The notes: generated from the letters alone by a model not told the origin. DNA of 64,000 nt from Octopus vulgaris (GCA_951406725.2 OX597822.1:46190001-46254000), one strand, 5' to 3'; shown: positions 39,647 to 53,420, numbered from the stretch's first letter. Numbers and translations: made by a program.

Positions 39647-40374
39647 TATTGGTTCTCAAATGTTTTTTTCCAATTGACCCCTTTCACTACTACTTTATGC
39701 TGGTGGACCTCTATAACCATTCAATGTTTAATCCTTTTGTTACTATATATATTTCGAGATGCTCTGTGTTTCTTTCAATTAATTTTAAATATAACAAAGA
39801 ATTTAGTAATATAATTTAGTTATTATTAAGCTGGTGTTAGGAACATAAATTGTGACTAAAGTTTGATGGAAAATTTTAATACAAAACTTATGAAAACAAG
39901 ATATTTGTACTACAAAGCCAGAGGCGGCTTCAGCCGGGTTGGTATTAAAAGGGTTGGGTTAAATTAATTATTTAACCTTTTGTTACCATATTTCTATTGA
40001 GATGTTCCGTGTTTCTTTCAATTGATTTAAAATAAAACAAAGAATTTAGTAAAATGACTTAATCATTCAGCTAGTGTTAGGAACATAAATTGTGACTAAG
40101 GTTTCTTGGAAGATTTTAATTCAAAACTACAGAGCCAGAGGTGGTTTCAGCCGGGTTAGTATTGAAAGGATTAAAAATTAGTTTTATAGATACTTCTTTC
40201 AAAATTTATATTTTGATTTTCACACATTAACTTGTGTAGGCTGAATAATTCAAAATACAAAAGAAAGGAATCTTGCTGTTATATGCAATAAACACATCTA
40301 AAGTAAATTTTTTCATGGACCCTAAATAAACTACTGTGGGTCTCCAATTTACTATTTTGCTTGTGTGGAGTCCC
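39647..40374 (+). mobile_element. hAT-like element (same family as 51124-52147) with a 2-unit TTAA cassette at 39728-40174
   Basis: Both flanks are colinear with the 51124 copy; degraded left TIR tattggttctcaaa; right end lost next to an RTE tail. Confidence 0.8.
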
Positions 40375-40637
40375 AAAGCTGACCTCACTGATGCTGCTGC
40401 CACATAAAATGCGCTCAGTCCATTCTGTGAAGTGATTGGCATTAGGGATGGCATCCAGCCATGAAAACCATTCCAAAGCAGACTTCGCCAGTGATGTTGC
40501 TACATAAAATCATCCACTCCATTATGGAAACTGGTTGGTAATTGGAAGAGCATCCAGTGGAGCTTGATAAAGTACTTTGGTCCCTGTCAAACCATCCAAC
40601 CCATATCAGTATGGAAGATGGAAGTAAAATGGTGATG

Positions 40638-40671
<34 letters not shown>

Positions 40672-40675
<4 letters not shown>

Positions 40676-41013
40676 TGCCGCCTGACTGGCTCCTGTGCTG
40701 GTGGCACATAAAAAGCACCATTTGAGCATGGTCGTTGCCAGTGCTGCCTGACTAGCTCCCATGCCAGTGGTACGTAAAAAGCACTATTCAAGCATAGCTG
40801 ATGCCAGTACTGCCTGACTGGCCCTCGCATCAGTGGCACATAAAAAGCACCCACTACACTTTCAGAGTGGTTGGCATTAGGAAGGGTACACAGCTGTAGA
40901 AACCTTGCCAGATCAGATTGGAGCCTGGTACAGAATCCTGGCTTGCCAGCCCTCAGTCAAACCGGCCAACCCATGCCAGCATGGAAAGTGAAAGTTAAAA
41001 GATGATGATGATG
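40672..41013 (+). mobile_element. RTE 3' UTR fragment with ~66-bp tandem units
   Basis: cagtRcYgcctgact anchors at about 40673, 40739 and 40805, then aggaagggtaca...ccatgccagcatggaaagt..(GAT)n. Confidence 0.8.
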
Positions 41014-41042
41014 ATATATATATAATAATGATAAATAATGTA

Positions 41043-41088
<46 letters not shown>

Positions 41089-44000
41089 ATATATGGGTAC
41101 AAGACGTCACCAATTGTTTAAACAACATGAAATACGTAAAACAAGAGACAAAAAATGGAAAACAGGACAACCAAACACAGAGAAACGACCCTTCATCAGT
41201 TGTCGGCTGTCTATCTACTCCTCATTTCAAAATTGAGTGTACAGATAGATATATCATTGCTAACATTATGTTTAGAGCTCCATGTAGATTGTCATAATCC
41301 AGTCTGCTTCCTGTAGAATAATATCATGTACATTGAGTAATATTATTAGTTATGAACTACAAACCAAATGTAAAAAAAATAAGGATAAACACAAGTTTAT
41401 ATTATAGTTCCTGAGCATGTTTTGGCATTACGGTTGTTTGGAGCACTGCAATAGGTGTTCCAAGTACATTTAGAGGTTCAGCCACAATGGATCATCAGGG
41501 GAACACTTTATTGCATCAAGTTACAGATAACTTAATTCAATAAATATATTTTAAACTTGGGTATACACCTGGTAGGGACCACAATGCATGATAGGCTGAA
41601 GCATTTATTGTGATAAATAAAAAAAAATCTCATGAATTCCATTTTCTCTTTCTCTCATTTGTTATATGTCATCATCATCTTCATTTAGCATCCCATTTTC
41701 CATACTGGCATAAGTACAATAGTTTGACTGGACCTGGTAAGCCAGAGACCCATACCAGGCTCCAGACATCATAGGAATTTGTAAACTTCAAGAGAACATG
41801 GTCCATGGTCAGTGGATCTCAAAAGTGCTTAAAGCTATAAATAAGGATTTCAAATTTTGGTACAAGGCCAGTAATGTCAGGGCAGGGTAAGTTGATTACA
41901 TTGACCCCAGTGTTTAACTGGTACTTATTTTATCAGTCCTGAAAGGATGAAAGGCAAAGTCAACCTCAGCAGAATTTGAAACAGTAATATCTAATAATGA
42001 GATCAAATGTTTTTAAGGGAGTAGGGTGTAAATGAAGTAAATTTGGTTGCTATTTCTAGCAGCTAAAGTGATCCTGTAGAAGCTCCATTGTTAGGTCAAG
42101 CACCTTCAGGTACTAATGAAAATGCAGACTTGCCCTAATTTAAGAACATTAAACCTGTATGAAAATTCCAGCCATGCCATTCCTACCGGTTTTCGGACAC
42201 TGTATTTAAGATTATATTTATCCAATGTATTATCATTATTTTTCTTTCAGTCACTGGACTGTGGTCAAGTTGGGGACACCACCTTGAAGGCTTTTAGTCA
42301 AATGAATTGACCCCAGGACTTAATTTTTTAAAGTTGGGTACTCATTCTATCAGCCACTTATGCCAAACTGTTACATTATAGGGATGTAAACAAACCAACA
42401 CCATTTGTCAAGCACACAAGTGGGGGACAAACAAACACACATACACACACAATGAGCTACTTTTTAGTTTCTGTCAACCACCTCCAATAATAAAGCTTTG
42501 GTTGGCCCAGAGCTGTAATGGAAGACATATGCCCAAGGTACCATGTAGTGGGACTGAACCTAGAACCATGGGATTGAGAAGCAAACTTCTTACCACACAG
42601 CCATGCCTGCTTTGAGGTAGATTTGGTTGTTGTTTCTAGCAAACCGAGAGACCATATACAGACTCCATCACAGTTTTGTGCTTTGATTTAGTGTAGCAAC
42701 AAAGAAACCATCTCATGTTTCTCACTTCCAGAGGTTTAATGCCTCGTTTAAGCCAGCAGAATTGAAGATATCAACTCTTTGACTCTTCAGCCAAAAGGCA
42801 AATATCTTATCATTGATTTCTGTCATTTAGTCTTGAAAGAAATCTTCAGCCATTTATTTACAAAGATACCTGTCTGGAGTGAAACGATATCGTATGGCAG
42901 AGCCACTTTTGACATTAAATACAAGCTCAAGTTGAACCATGTAATGCACTGTTGCTTATGGTCTTTAACTGAATAGGGGATAGAAACTGAGGCAGAATTT
43001 TCAAACAATACCAAAATGCAATGACGACAACAACAACAGTAACATTGCTGTCTTTGAGCAATCCCTTCCTCGTTTATTATTTTCCTTAGTTTTTTTTCCC
43101 CTTATATCAGCATTATAGTAATAATGCAACAAAATATTCTTTTATGTGTAATAGCAGTGATATAACATAATCAATAAATATTGAGGTCACTTGGAGTGAA
43201 ATCCAACGCAAATGGACATCAAATCATTTCTCTCCAGCCCTCACAGCTTTTCAGTAACCCACCATCACCACCACCAACGTCTCTCTCTTTCTCTTTCTCT
43301 CACAGACACACACATACGCACACATACACAGCTCAACTAGAATCACAAGTAAACTAGTTCAAATAATTAAGCCAGTCGTCAGCATGACAAAGACAACGAA
43401 ACACTAATATATTGGTTTCTATTGCACCTAGCTACAACACATTCAGAACATGGCTAAGCAAATACCATCACCACCGCCACCACCACCACCAACATCACCA
43501 CCACTGGCAACACTGCCTTTTCAGACACATTCTAGAAAGAAAATGTTGCCTTTCTTTTTTTCTGTCTTTCTTTTTTTTTTATTGTGACTTTTTTATTCTT
43601 TTCTTTTTTACTTTCATTTATTCCTGATAAGAACTAGTGAATGAGAAGAAAAAAAAGCAATGAAAAAGAAAGAGAAGAGAAAGAAGACACAAAGCCAGCA
43701 AATAGAATTTAAATTGCCAACCTGAGGTATGAAAATTAAGCTGCATCATGTATGTATGTATATATGTATGAAGAAGATATTGATACAATATCTACATTCC
43801 AAATATAGAAGAAACAACATGTGATGATAGAGAAAATGGAATAATAAGAAAGTAAAAATAAACCAAAATATGAAAGACAAGGGTGAAAAAAAGGAGGTAG
43901 GAGTTAATGAAGAGAAATGGAAAGAACTTGAAATTAGCCTGGAAGAAGTATGATGGCTGAAGGGATAAAAAAATAAATAGATAAATAAATAAATAAACAA

Positions 44001-47000
44001 GAAAACAGAAAAAAATTGCAATGGATGGAAAATCACCATAGCTCCCACCTCACTCTTTCTTTGTCATAAGCAATTTCTCACAGCTTTTCTTCTATTCTTC
44101 CATCACCAAATATTACTATTATTGATGTTGTTATTGCTGCTGCCACAACATCAGAGCTATCACCTTATTTGGCCAAAATGAAACACTTTTATTACTGAGA
44201 GTTAAATTATACCTACAATTTAGATTGAACAGAATAGTCAGCCATTTTTCTATCCTTTACAATCTGACCACTGAAAAAAATACAATTATCTGAATAATAT
44301 TTTCTCCACTAGAGCAATACAATAAAATTTAATATAATATGCTACATCCACATATGTACATATGTCTATCTTGTACATATGTATTTCAGAGAAATGTGAA
44401 GAGAGAAAGAGAGAGAAAGACACAGAGGAGAAGAAAATCCCATGTAAAGAAATGACAACAGCAAAATTTATTAGGTATTTATAAAATCAAAATGGCTGAC
44501 CAAGATTACAAAACAATTTTGTAGAGACGAAAAGAGATATTTTTTTGTTTTGTTTCACAATTATTCTTCCATCTGCGAAGTATACATACATATACATACA
44601 TACATACACATATATACATATATATGTATATTATATACACACACACATAATCTGGTTCAGGGGAAATGTTACAGATATATATCTATTCTATATATGCACT
44701 GAGTAATTAGATCAGTAAAAGAATAAATAAAGCTGTAAGCAACATTGACCATCAACACCAAAATCACACACAGATAAGACACAACAAACGATGATGACAA
44801 CAACAAAAAAAAAAGAGGGGGGAAATGAAGATATTATGAAATAACTTCTAAACTAAAAGATAACACAGCAATGGCTGCTGAATCAGGTGAATTGTTTTAA
44901 TGGAAAACCAACTCAGAATCGATGGTATCCAATATGAACAGAATCGACATTTAGTTTGCCATAAACAGCAGACACAAGCCAGTTTCTTTGATCATACACA
45001 CTAAATTAACTTTAGCATTTCATTATGGAAATTTCCAAAAATTTCCTCACCATTTTCTCACAGATTTACAATTAATTGACAACAAATCTAAAAGATGGTG
45101 GTTTTTTCATGATGTTGTCTTTCCTCTTTTACATTATTTATTACTTTTTCTTCATTTCTTTTATTTTTAAACATTTTTATTGTTTTTTTTAACCTTTTCT
45201 CCATCACACAACAATGGCTACCAAGAAGGAACAAATAAATAAAACAGTCCTCCACCACCACTACCATCATCACCATCACTCACTCTCTCTTTCCACTGTC
45301 CTCCCCATCTCCTTCTCCCCCCTCTCTCTCTCTTACTCTACTCCCAATAAATTATAAAAATATACAAACAACAAGAAATTGTTGATATTAATTCAAACCA
45401 AATATATTTGATATAGAGCTGCTGAATGAGCGGCATTCATTAAAGCAAAGCAAATCTTAACTGATATTATTTCAAACAGAAGTAGACTTCACAATCATCC
45501 ATACCAAAAATAGAGATGATGATGATGATGATGACAACAACAAGGTTAATGATAATGGTGATGATGATGATGACAATGATGACGACATTTCTTAGTTGTG
45601 TTTTTATCATTTATTTGTTGCTTTTTCTTTATCATGCATTGGAAGGTTTCTATGTATTCAGAAAATTTTCATACATTTAAACTGAATGATGCAGAAGTGG
45701 TTATTGTTGCAGATGAATCTCTCCTCTGCCTTCAACTTAACTCACCAACCAATCAACCATGAAGCCACGGAGGGTAACAAGCAAAAGTGATGGGGGTGGG
45801 GAGGGAACAAGAGAAAGAGAAGGTAGAACAATTAACTCTATGTCAGATAGGTGTTTTGTTTTTTTGCTGTTGTTATTTTTTGTAGGAGAAAGGAAGGGAT
45901 AAGGGTAACATAAACAGTACAAGACACTTTGAAATAAATACCATGTATGTGGCTAGTTCAGAACTGCTGCAGTTATAGGATTAGCAAAGTATAACCATGA
46001 ACCAAACCAGACAACATTTAACCTAGCAGCTAACACCATTTCGTGAATGGTTTGAGGACTGTTCAAGTGGATGTTGTTGCTGCTGTGGTTGTTGTTTAGC
46101 ACCACTGCAACAACAGTAAATATGGTAGATACAAACTGAAAGAAGCCCACTGAATGTGTGTGTGTGTGTGTGTGTGTGTGTATCTAGATACCTTATCTAG
46201 GAATCATACGCAGCTGTAAATGAACACCATTTGCAGTCTTCCATGGAAAGCATATCTAACAAGGTAATACATTTCCATATCTATGGGAAAGTATTACTTT
46301 ACCTGGAAAATGAAACTAAGGGTTGGCAACAGGAAGGGCATGCAGCTGTTGAAAGTCTACCTTAACAAAATTCCATCTAACCCATGCAAGCATGAAAAAA
46401 GTGGATATGATGACAATGATGATGATAGATTATAATGATGAAGAACACTCTGATATGGTCACTCCCGAGCTGATCAATTGCTAACATGAATTGATAGGCG
46501 ATCGGGTTTCAGATTGGTATCATCATGGAATCAGAGGCAGTCTTGAGCAGGTTACTTGCTACCAGGAGAGTTAGAAAGAATTATTAAAGAAACAACAGCA
46601 AAATGACTGACTTCAACAATCTTTTTTTTTTCTTTATTTTTTTTTCCATTTCCATGTTATTTTAACAATGAGGGTGTGTTTTGATCAGAAAAAAGTAGCA
46701 GCTGAAAGTCTAGTAATAGCTACAGTCAGTGCAGTAGGAGAGAAGTTAGAAGAGGTCAAGAGAGGCCAAGATTTTCAGTGACGACACTGTACACTGCGGC
46801 TTACTTTTGCAGAACTGTTAAATATGTAGCCACTGACATTTCAATGTCAGTCTGAAGATATTATTTCAGACCTAGGATGAGTTAAAAGTGGGAGGAGTGT
46901 ACTGAATAAATACTTTAATATTTTAAAACAAGAACATGAAGATACAAACAGCACTCATACATACGAACATAAACATATGATACATAAAGAAATTGGGTTA

Positions 47001-47084
47001 CATTAAATAAAAGTAATCTTATATACTAATCAAAATAACAACAAGAATGATAACAATGACAACAACAACAACAATAATAATAAT

Positions 47085-47520
47085 GGCTTCAAATTTTGGC
47101 ACAAGGCCAGCAATTTCAGGGGAGGTAGGTAAGTTGATTACACTGAACCCAGTGTTCAACTGGTATTTATTTTATCAAACCTAAAAGGATTAACGGCAAA
47201 GTTGACCATGGCAGAATTTGAACTCGGAATATGAAGATAGACGAAATGCTGCTAAACATTCTACCTGGTGTGCTAACGATTCTGCCACCTCACCAACATA
47301 AAAATAACAATAATAATAATTGTTTAAAATTTTGGCACAAGGCCAGCAATTTCAAGAGGAGTAGGAAGTCAACTATGTCAACCCCAGTGCTCAACTGGTA
47401 TTTATTTTATCGACACTGAAAGGATGAAGGGCGTTTGAACTTAGAACATAAAGGACCAGAAGAGATGGCGCTTGGAATTTTGTATGGCAATGTAACAATT
47501 TTGCCAGTTTGCAACCTTAA
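47085..47520 (-). mobile_element. Two tandem SINE family C copies between (AAT)n tracts
   Basis: Both begin aaattttggcacaaggccagcaatttca directly after AAT repeats. Confidence 0.82.
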
Positions 47521-47544
47521 TAATGATTATGATGGTGATGATGA

Positions 47545-47905
47545 TTTCTTTATTTGCCACAGGATTATTAGATAAAGGAGTTGTTACATGGACAGATTAC
47601 AATATGTTTGGGGGGAGGGGGGAAGGTTACATAAAAGAGGAGTAAGAAAGGAATAGAACGGGGGTGAAACGCGATGAAACTATACATGGTATACAAGATA
47701 TGTGAACACCTGGTGCAGTCCTTCTGATAGAGAACCTCCAGTCAAGGACCTCCCCACCACAGATTTGGATTAACCCTGATGACCACAAGAACAAGCCCTT
47801 GCCCGCTGACAGCTGAGGGCATGTAGAATATAGTTCCCCACTCAGAAAAATAATGAAAGACCTGTAAAAAAACTGGTAGTCTTTTTCGGCCCTCTGTATT
47901 TTTAC
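47545..47905 (-). mobile_element. Probable LINE (Tx1-like) 3' UTR
   Basis: Minus strand ends gtggcaaataaagaaa(tca)n with a poly(A)-signal-like AATAAA; CpG-retaining, non-coding. Confidence 0.35.
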
Positions 47906-48632
47906 ACTGATGCGTGTGTGTGTGTGTGTGTGTGTCTGGTAGATGTGTGTATGCAGGTTATAGATTTGTATTTGTGTTGTTAATGTGTGCCACGAGCGAG
48001 AAACTGTTGGGTGTGGATGTGAATACTTATTGTGGATATGTGTGTGTATGTGTTCATGTTGTGGATGAGTGTATATAATGATATGTATATGCATATATGT
48101 GTAAATGTATCTGTACATTGTGTGTGTGTGTGTGTATTGTGAATGTGTATGTTAAGTTGTGGATTTGTGCATGTCATGCGAATGTATGTGTGTACATTGT
48201 GGCTGTGTGTATGTATGTTGTAGATTTGTGCATAAGCTGTGAATGTGTGTGTGTATGTGTGTGAGTACGTGTGTGTGTGTGCACACAGGTGAGTGTGTGC
48301 ACTGGTTTACTGAGCCATCTTTACAAACCCATCCCATTACATCTAGATAAATCTATCACATGATTTACTGCTAAATTAATTTCTAGATGGAAAGAGATAA
48401 GTCAGACACGTGAGAAATCCACTGCAATGTTTAACTTACATGCAGTAAGAATCTAACAACAAAGAAGACAAGACAATTGTTTAGACAAAACAACAGTGAA
48501 AGTATTCAACAATAATACTGACATAATTCATCACTAGGCACCTTTTTTTTGTTATTAGGGAAGACAATGCCCTTGATATTTTGTGGTTTCCAAGACTAGT
48601 GAAGGAGGAAGCACAGAAAGACTAAGCATAAA

Positions 48633-49111
48633 TACTTGCAACAGAGTGAACTCCACTCAAGGTGCCAAGTGATGGCATATTTGTAACAAAGTGAACTCCA
48701 CTCAAGGTGCCAAGTGATGGCATATTTGTAACAGAGTGAACTCCACTCAAGGTGCCAAGTGATGGCATATTTGTAACAGAGTGAACTCCACTCAAGGTGC
48801 CAAGTGATGGCATATTTGTAACAGAGTGAACTCCACTCAAGGTGCCAAGTGATGGCATATTTGTAACAGAGTGAACTCCACTCAAGGTGCCAAGTGATGG
48901 CATATTTGTAACAGAGTGAACTCCACTCAAGGTGCCAAGTGATGACATATTTGTAACAGAGTGAACTCCACTCAAAGTGCCAAGTGATAGTGTACTTGCA
49001 ACAGAGTAGACTCCACTCAAGGTGCCAAGTGATAGTGTACTTGCAACAGAGTGGACTCCACTCAAGGTAAAAAGTGATGGTGTATTTGTAACAGAGTGGA
49101 TTCCACTCAAG
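48633..49111. repeat. 45-bp minisatellite, 10 full units plus a partial unit
   Basis: Unit acagagtgaactccactcaaggtgccaagtgatggcatatttgta starts at 48641 and recurs every 45 bp to 49091. Confidence 0.97.
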
Positions 49112-49612
49112 TGTCAAATCAAATGACAGATTAAGACAACTGCTCAAGCAGGCCACAGCAGGATTTGCACCCAAAACACAAAAACTAGAATAAATATCAC
49201 AAGGCATTTGGTCCCGATGTTCTTACAGTTTCATCACCCTATATTGCTACTTTATCAACTCTCAAGATGAAATGCAAGTGCCACAATAAAATGCAGCCGG
49301 GAAACCTTTGTAACCAAGTTGATGTCTCCAATTCATCTGAAAGGCCTGTAACAGCAAATACGGAACTGACTCACATAGCAACAATCCAACCATGCCATGC
49401 TCAGCTAAACAGTAGGTGTACAATGATGATGGTGATATTGATGAGACACACATTAATACACAATTATACATGTAGATAATTTAGAGAACACAATCATTTG
49501 ACAAGGAACACAACTATGAACAAGAACTTGATTCTCAGTACAGTGAGTGAACAAGAGTTTTACAATCTTCTCTTACACAATGTAATTTGATTTGGTTATT
49601 AAATGTGCTCTT

Positions 49613-49644
<32 letters not shown>

Positions 49645-49949
49645 TTGTTATTTAACAGCTCTCTTCCATGCTGGCATGGGTTGGATGGTTTGACAGGAGC
49701 TGGAAACCCACAGGACTGCACCAAACTCCACTGTTTTGACATGGTTTTTACAGTTGGATGCCATTCCTAATACCAACCACTTTACAGAGTGGAGACTGGG
49801 TGCTTTTTGCATGGTAAAAGCACTAGCGGGGCTTATCATCTTTGTTTTTAATGTCCAGTTTTCTATGGTCACATAGGTCAAATGGACTCCGTTGAAGCAG
49901 CTTTTCTACAGCTGGATGCCCTTCCTGTTTCCAAGCAACATATTATTTC

Positions 49950-50203
49950 TTCATGGGAAGGCGGCAAGCTGGCAGAAACGTTAGCATGCCGGGCAAAATG
50001 CTTAGCAGTATTTCATCTGTCTTTATGTTCTAGTTCAAATTCTGCTGAGGTCAACTTTGCCTCTCATCCTTTCATCCTTTCATGGGAAGGCAGCAAGCTG
50101 GCAGAAACGTTAGCATGCCGGGCAAAATGCTTAGCAGTATTTCATCTGTCTTTATGTTCTAGTTCAAATTCTGCTGAGATCAACTTTGCCTCTCATCCTT
50201 TCA
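49950..50203. repeat. 129-bp tandem duplication of a SINE C 5' half
   Basis: tcatgggaagg at 49951 and 50080; about 2 differences; extra tcatcctt at the junction. Confidence 0.92.
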
Positions 50204-50444
50204 GGATCGATTAAATAAGTACCAGTTACGTACTAGGGTTGACGTAATCATCTTAATCCCTTTGTCTGTCTTTGTTTGTCCCCTCTATGTTTAGCCCCCT
50301 AAAGTGAACAATAAAGAAATAAATATATTTCCTCATGAGCAGACGTCTCAGAAGATTGGAAATAAAGGGCACCACTTGCATTATGGTGACACTCACTCAC
50401 GTCTATCACATGATGAAGGAAAGGAGAGACAAACATGCACATAC

Positions 50445-50479
<35 letters not shown>

Positions 50480-50488
50480 CAAACATGC

Positions 50489-50526
<38 letters not shown>

Positions 50527-51123
50527 ACTCACACAAGTACACCAACATATATATATATATATATATATAATACAAACACACACACACACATACACACGTA
50601 TGGGTGTGTGTATGTATTACTAAATTAGGAAACCCAAGTAAAAAAAGATAAGAAATAGAGACAGATACTGCATATTCTGAAGGGTTATGGTGATAGCAAA
50701 AACCCTTATCACTATGTTTCAAAGATCCATTATCTTGAGTCAAACAGATCTTTGAAGAGTCGAAGACCACATTATTGCAGGACTGGGTCACTTATGCTGG
50801 CAAGAGGCCGTCTGACCTGAACAAGGGTCAAAACAACAATAACTTGGGTGTCGAGGTGAGCTATTCTTGAAAGATTTTCTTAACAAGAGTGACTCCTATT
50901 CAATATAAACACTTGTTTGTTCACAATCACTAAACGCTGGGTCTATGGACATTGCTAATCCTTTTTCAAATGTAGTCTGGGTTTAGGGAACTAAGCATCT
51001 TAAAACAAAAGGAAGGACAGAAAGACATCCAGAACAAAGTATTCTGTGAGAAACAAAAAGAGAGAATAGTAACAGTTGGAGTATATTTCATTATAAGTCT
51101 GACTGATTAGGGATGACCTAGAG

Positions 51124-52147
51124 CAGGCGTTCTCAACCATTTTTATCTGTGGACCCCTTTCATAACTATTTTATCCTGGTGGACCCCACTAGCCATTCTA
51201 TGCTTAACCCTTTTGTTGTCGACCCGGCTGAAATCGCTTCTGGCTCTGTAGTCTTATTTTCACAAGTTTTTAATTAAAATCTTCCACCAAACCCGAGTCA
51301 CAATATATGTTCCTAACACTAATGATAACTAAATTATTTTACTAAGCTCTTTGTTATATTTAAAATCAATTGAAAGAAACACAGAACATCTCAACAGAAA
51401 TATGGTAACAAAAGGGTTAACAAATTATTAATTTAACCCTTTCAATACCAACCTAGCTGAAACCAGCTCTGGCTCTGTAGTACAAATGTCTTGTTTTCGT
51501 AAGTTCTGAATTAAAATCTTTCACTAAGCCTTAATTACAATTTATGTTCCTAACACTAGCTTAATGATAACTAAGTTATTTTACTAAATTCTTTGTTATA
51601 TTTAAAATCAATTGAAAGAAACACAGAGCATCTCAACAGAAATATAGTAACAAAAGGGTTAACAAATGAATAATTTAACCATTTTGATACCGACCCAGCT
51701 GTAACTGCCTCTGGCTCTGAGTACAAATGTCTTGTTTACATAAGTTTTGAATTAAAATCTTCTGCCAAACCTTAGTCACAATTTATGTTCCTAACACTAA
51801 CTTAATGATAAGTTATTTTACTAAATTCTTTGTTATATTTAAAATTAATTGAAAGAAATGCAGAGCATCTCAAAATAAATATAGTAACAAATGGGTTAAA
51901 AACTAGTTTTATAGAAATCTCGTTCAAAATTCCTATTTTGTTTTTTCACACATTAACTTGTGTAAGCTGCACAACGTAAAATGTTATAGAAAGAAACCCA
52001 GCTGTTTCTTGCAATACATACATCTAAAGCAGGAGCTCTTAGAATACTATTGTGGGTCTCCAATTTACTATTTTGTTATGTGGACCCTCCCAAAATCTCA
52101 TATGGACCCTCAGGTGCCATATGAGATTCCCCAGTTGAGAATCACTG
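51124..52147 (+). mobile_element. Complete non-autonomous hAT element with a 3-unit TTAA cassette
   Basis: TIRs caggcgttctcaac / gttgagaatcactg; TSD acctagag / atctagag; tggaccc subterminal repeats. Confidence 0.9.
51204..51899 (+). mobile_element. Trimeric piggyBac-like MITE cassette
   Basis: Three ~210-222-bp units, each TTAA-ccc...ggg-TTAA (51208-51416, 51437-51658, 51679-51895), with 12-bp spacers. Confidence 0.85.
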
Positions 52148-52992
52148 ATCTAGAGTTTGCATCAGTGGTTCTCAACTGGGGTCCATATAAGATTTTGTTG
52201 TTAAAATTTTGTTGCACAATAAATTGATTTATACTTCTATAACACACAAAATGTTTTACAAACTCCAAACTAAAATTCAAGCTAATAAGGGTGCCTTATG
52301 TGGTTACTCAACCTGCAAGAAACAACAGCAAAAATCCCTTCAAATTACAACCTACCACCTTAAAGAGTAACAGTCAGACAGACACACAGGTCAATCAAGT
52401 CTCTGGGATCCAAAAAGCAGAAGGATAATAGTTTAAACACCTTTGATCCTAAGTTTGCTGACTCAGGGTTGAACTAAATTGCTCAAAGGTGAAACAGCAA
52501 CAAAGTAAAATTCATGTTCACACCTTTATTGCTCACCATCTGCCTATCTGTCTGTCACTCTCTCTCGTTCTCTCTCCCCCTCTATCTATCTATCTATCTG
52601 TCTGTCTCCACTCTCTTTTTTAATCTACCTACTGCTGTTCTACTAAAACCATCCAGGACACCAGTTACCAAGATTTAACAAGTTTTAACCCAGTAACACT
52701 CTTTTAACAAACATTCCAACAGATAGTCAACATAGACATACAAAGTGGTTGTTGCTACTGCTGCTACTGCTGCTTTTAATAGTGGACAGAGGAGAGACTC
52801 TTAATACCAAGCTTCTTAAACATTTTTTAACTCTCTCCACTTTTCTTTCACTAACTTTTTTTCAACATCCTCTTACTACAATTCACTGCCACACCCTCAT
52901 CATTTTAAATGTACATACATATAATATCAACCCAGTGTAATTTTCCGACTACTGGGTGATGTAGGTGACTACTTCAGTGCTGCCCTACTACA

Positions 52993-53420
52993 TCTTTTAT
53001 CTTTTATTTGTTTCAGTCATTGGACTGTGGCCATGCTGGAGCAAAGTCTTGAAGAATTTTTAGCGGAATGGATTAACCCCAGTGCCTATTTTTTTAAAAC
53101 TTGCTACTTACAATATCAGTCTCTTTTGCCAAACAGCTAAGTTACAGAGACATAAACACACCAACACCAGTTGTCATGTGGTGGTGGGACACACACACAC
53201 AGACGTGTGCACACACACACAAACACATGCACACACATACACAGAGACACACACAGTGGGGGTTCTTTCAGTTTCCATCTACCAAATCCATTCACAAGGA
53301 TTTAGTCAGCCTGAGCATATAGTAGAAGACACTTGCCCAAGGTGTCACACAGTGGGACTGAACCCACAATCGTAAGACCAGGAAGCAAGCTTCTTACCAC
53401 ACAGCCACGCTTGTGCCTAT
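52993..53420 (-). mobile_element. SINE family A
   Basis: Colinear with the reference copy. Further copies at about 35470-35750, 42240-42610, 53565-53945 and 57213-57585 (-), and 59096-59518 and 63322-63690 (+). Confidence 0.85.

Noticed and set aside
48633-49111. 45-bp palindromic array as a CRISPR array
   Set aside because: Units are contiguous with no unique spacers, there are no cas genes, and the context is eukaryotic.
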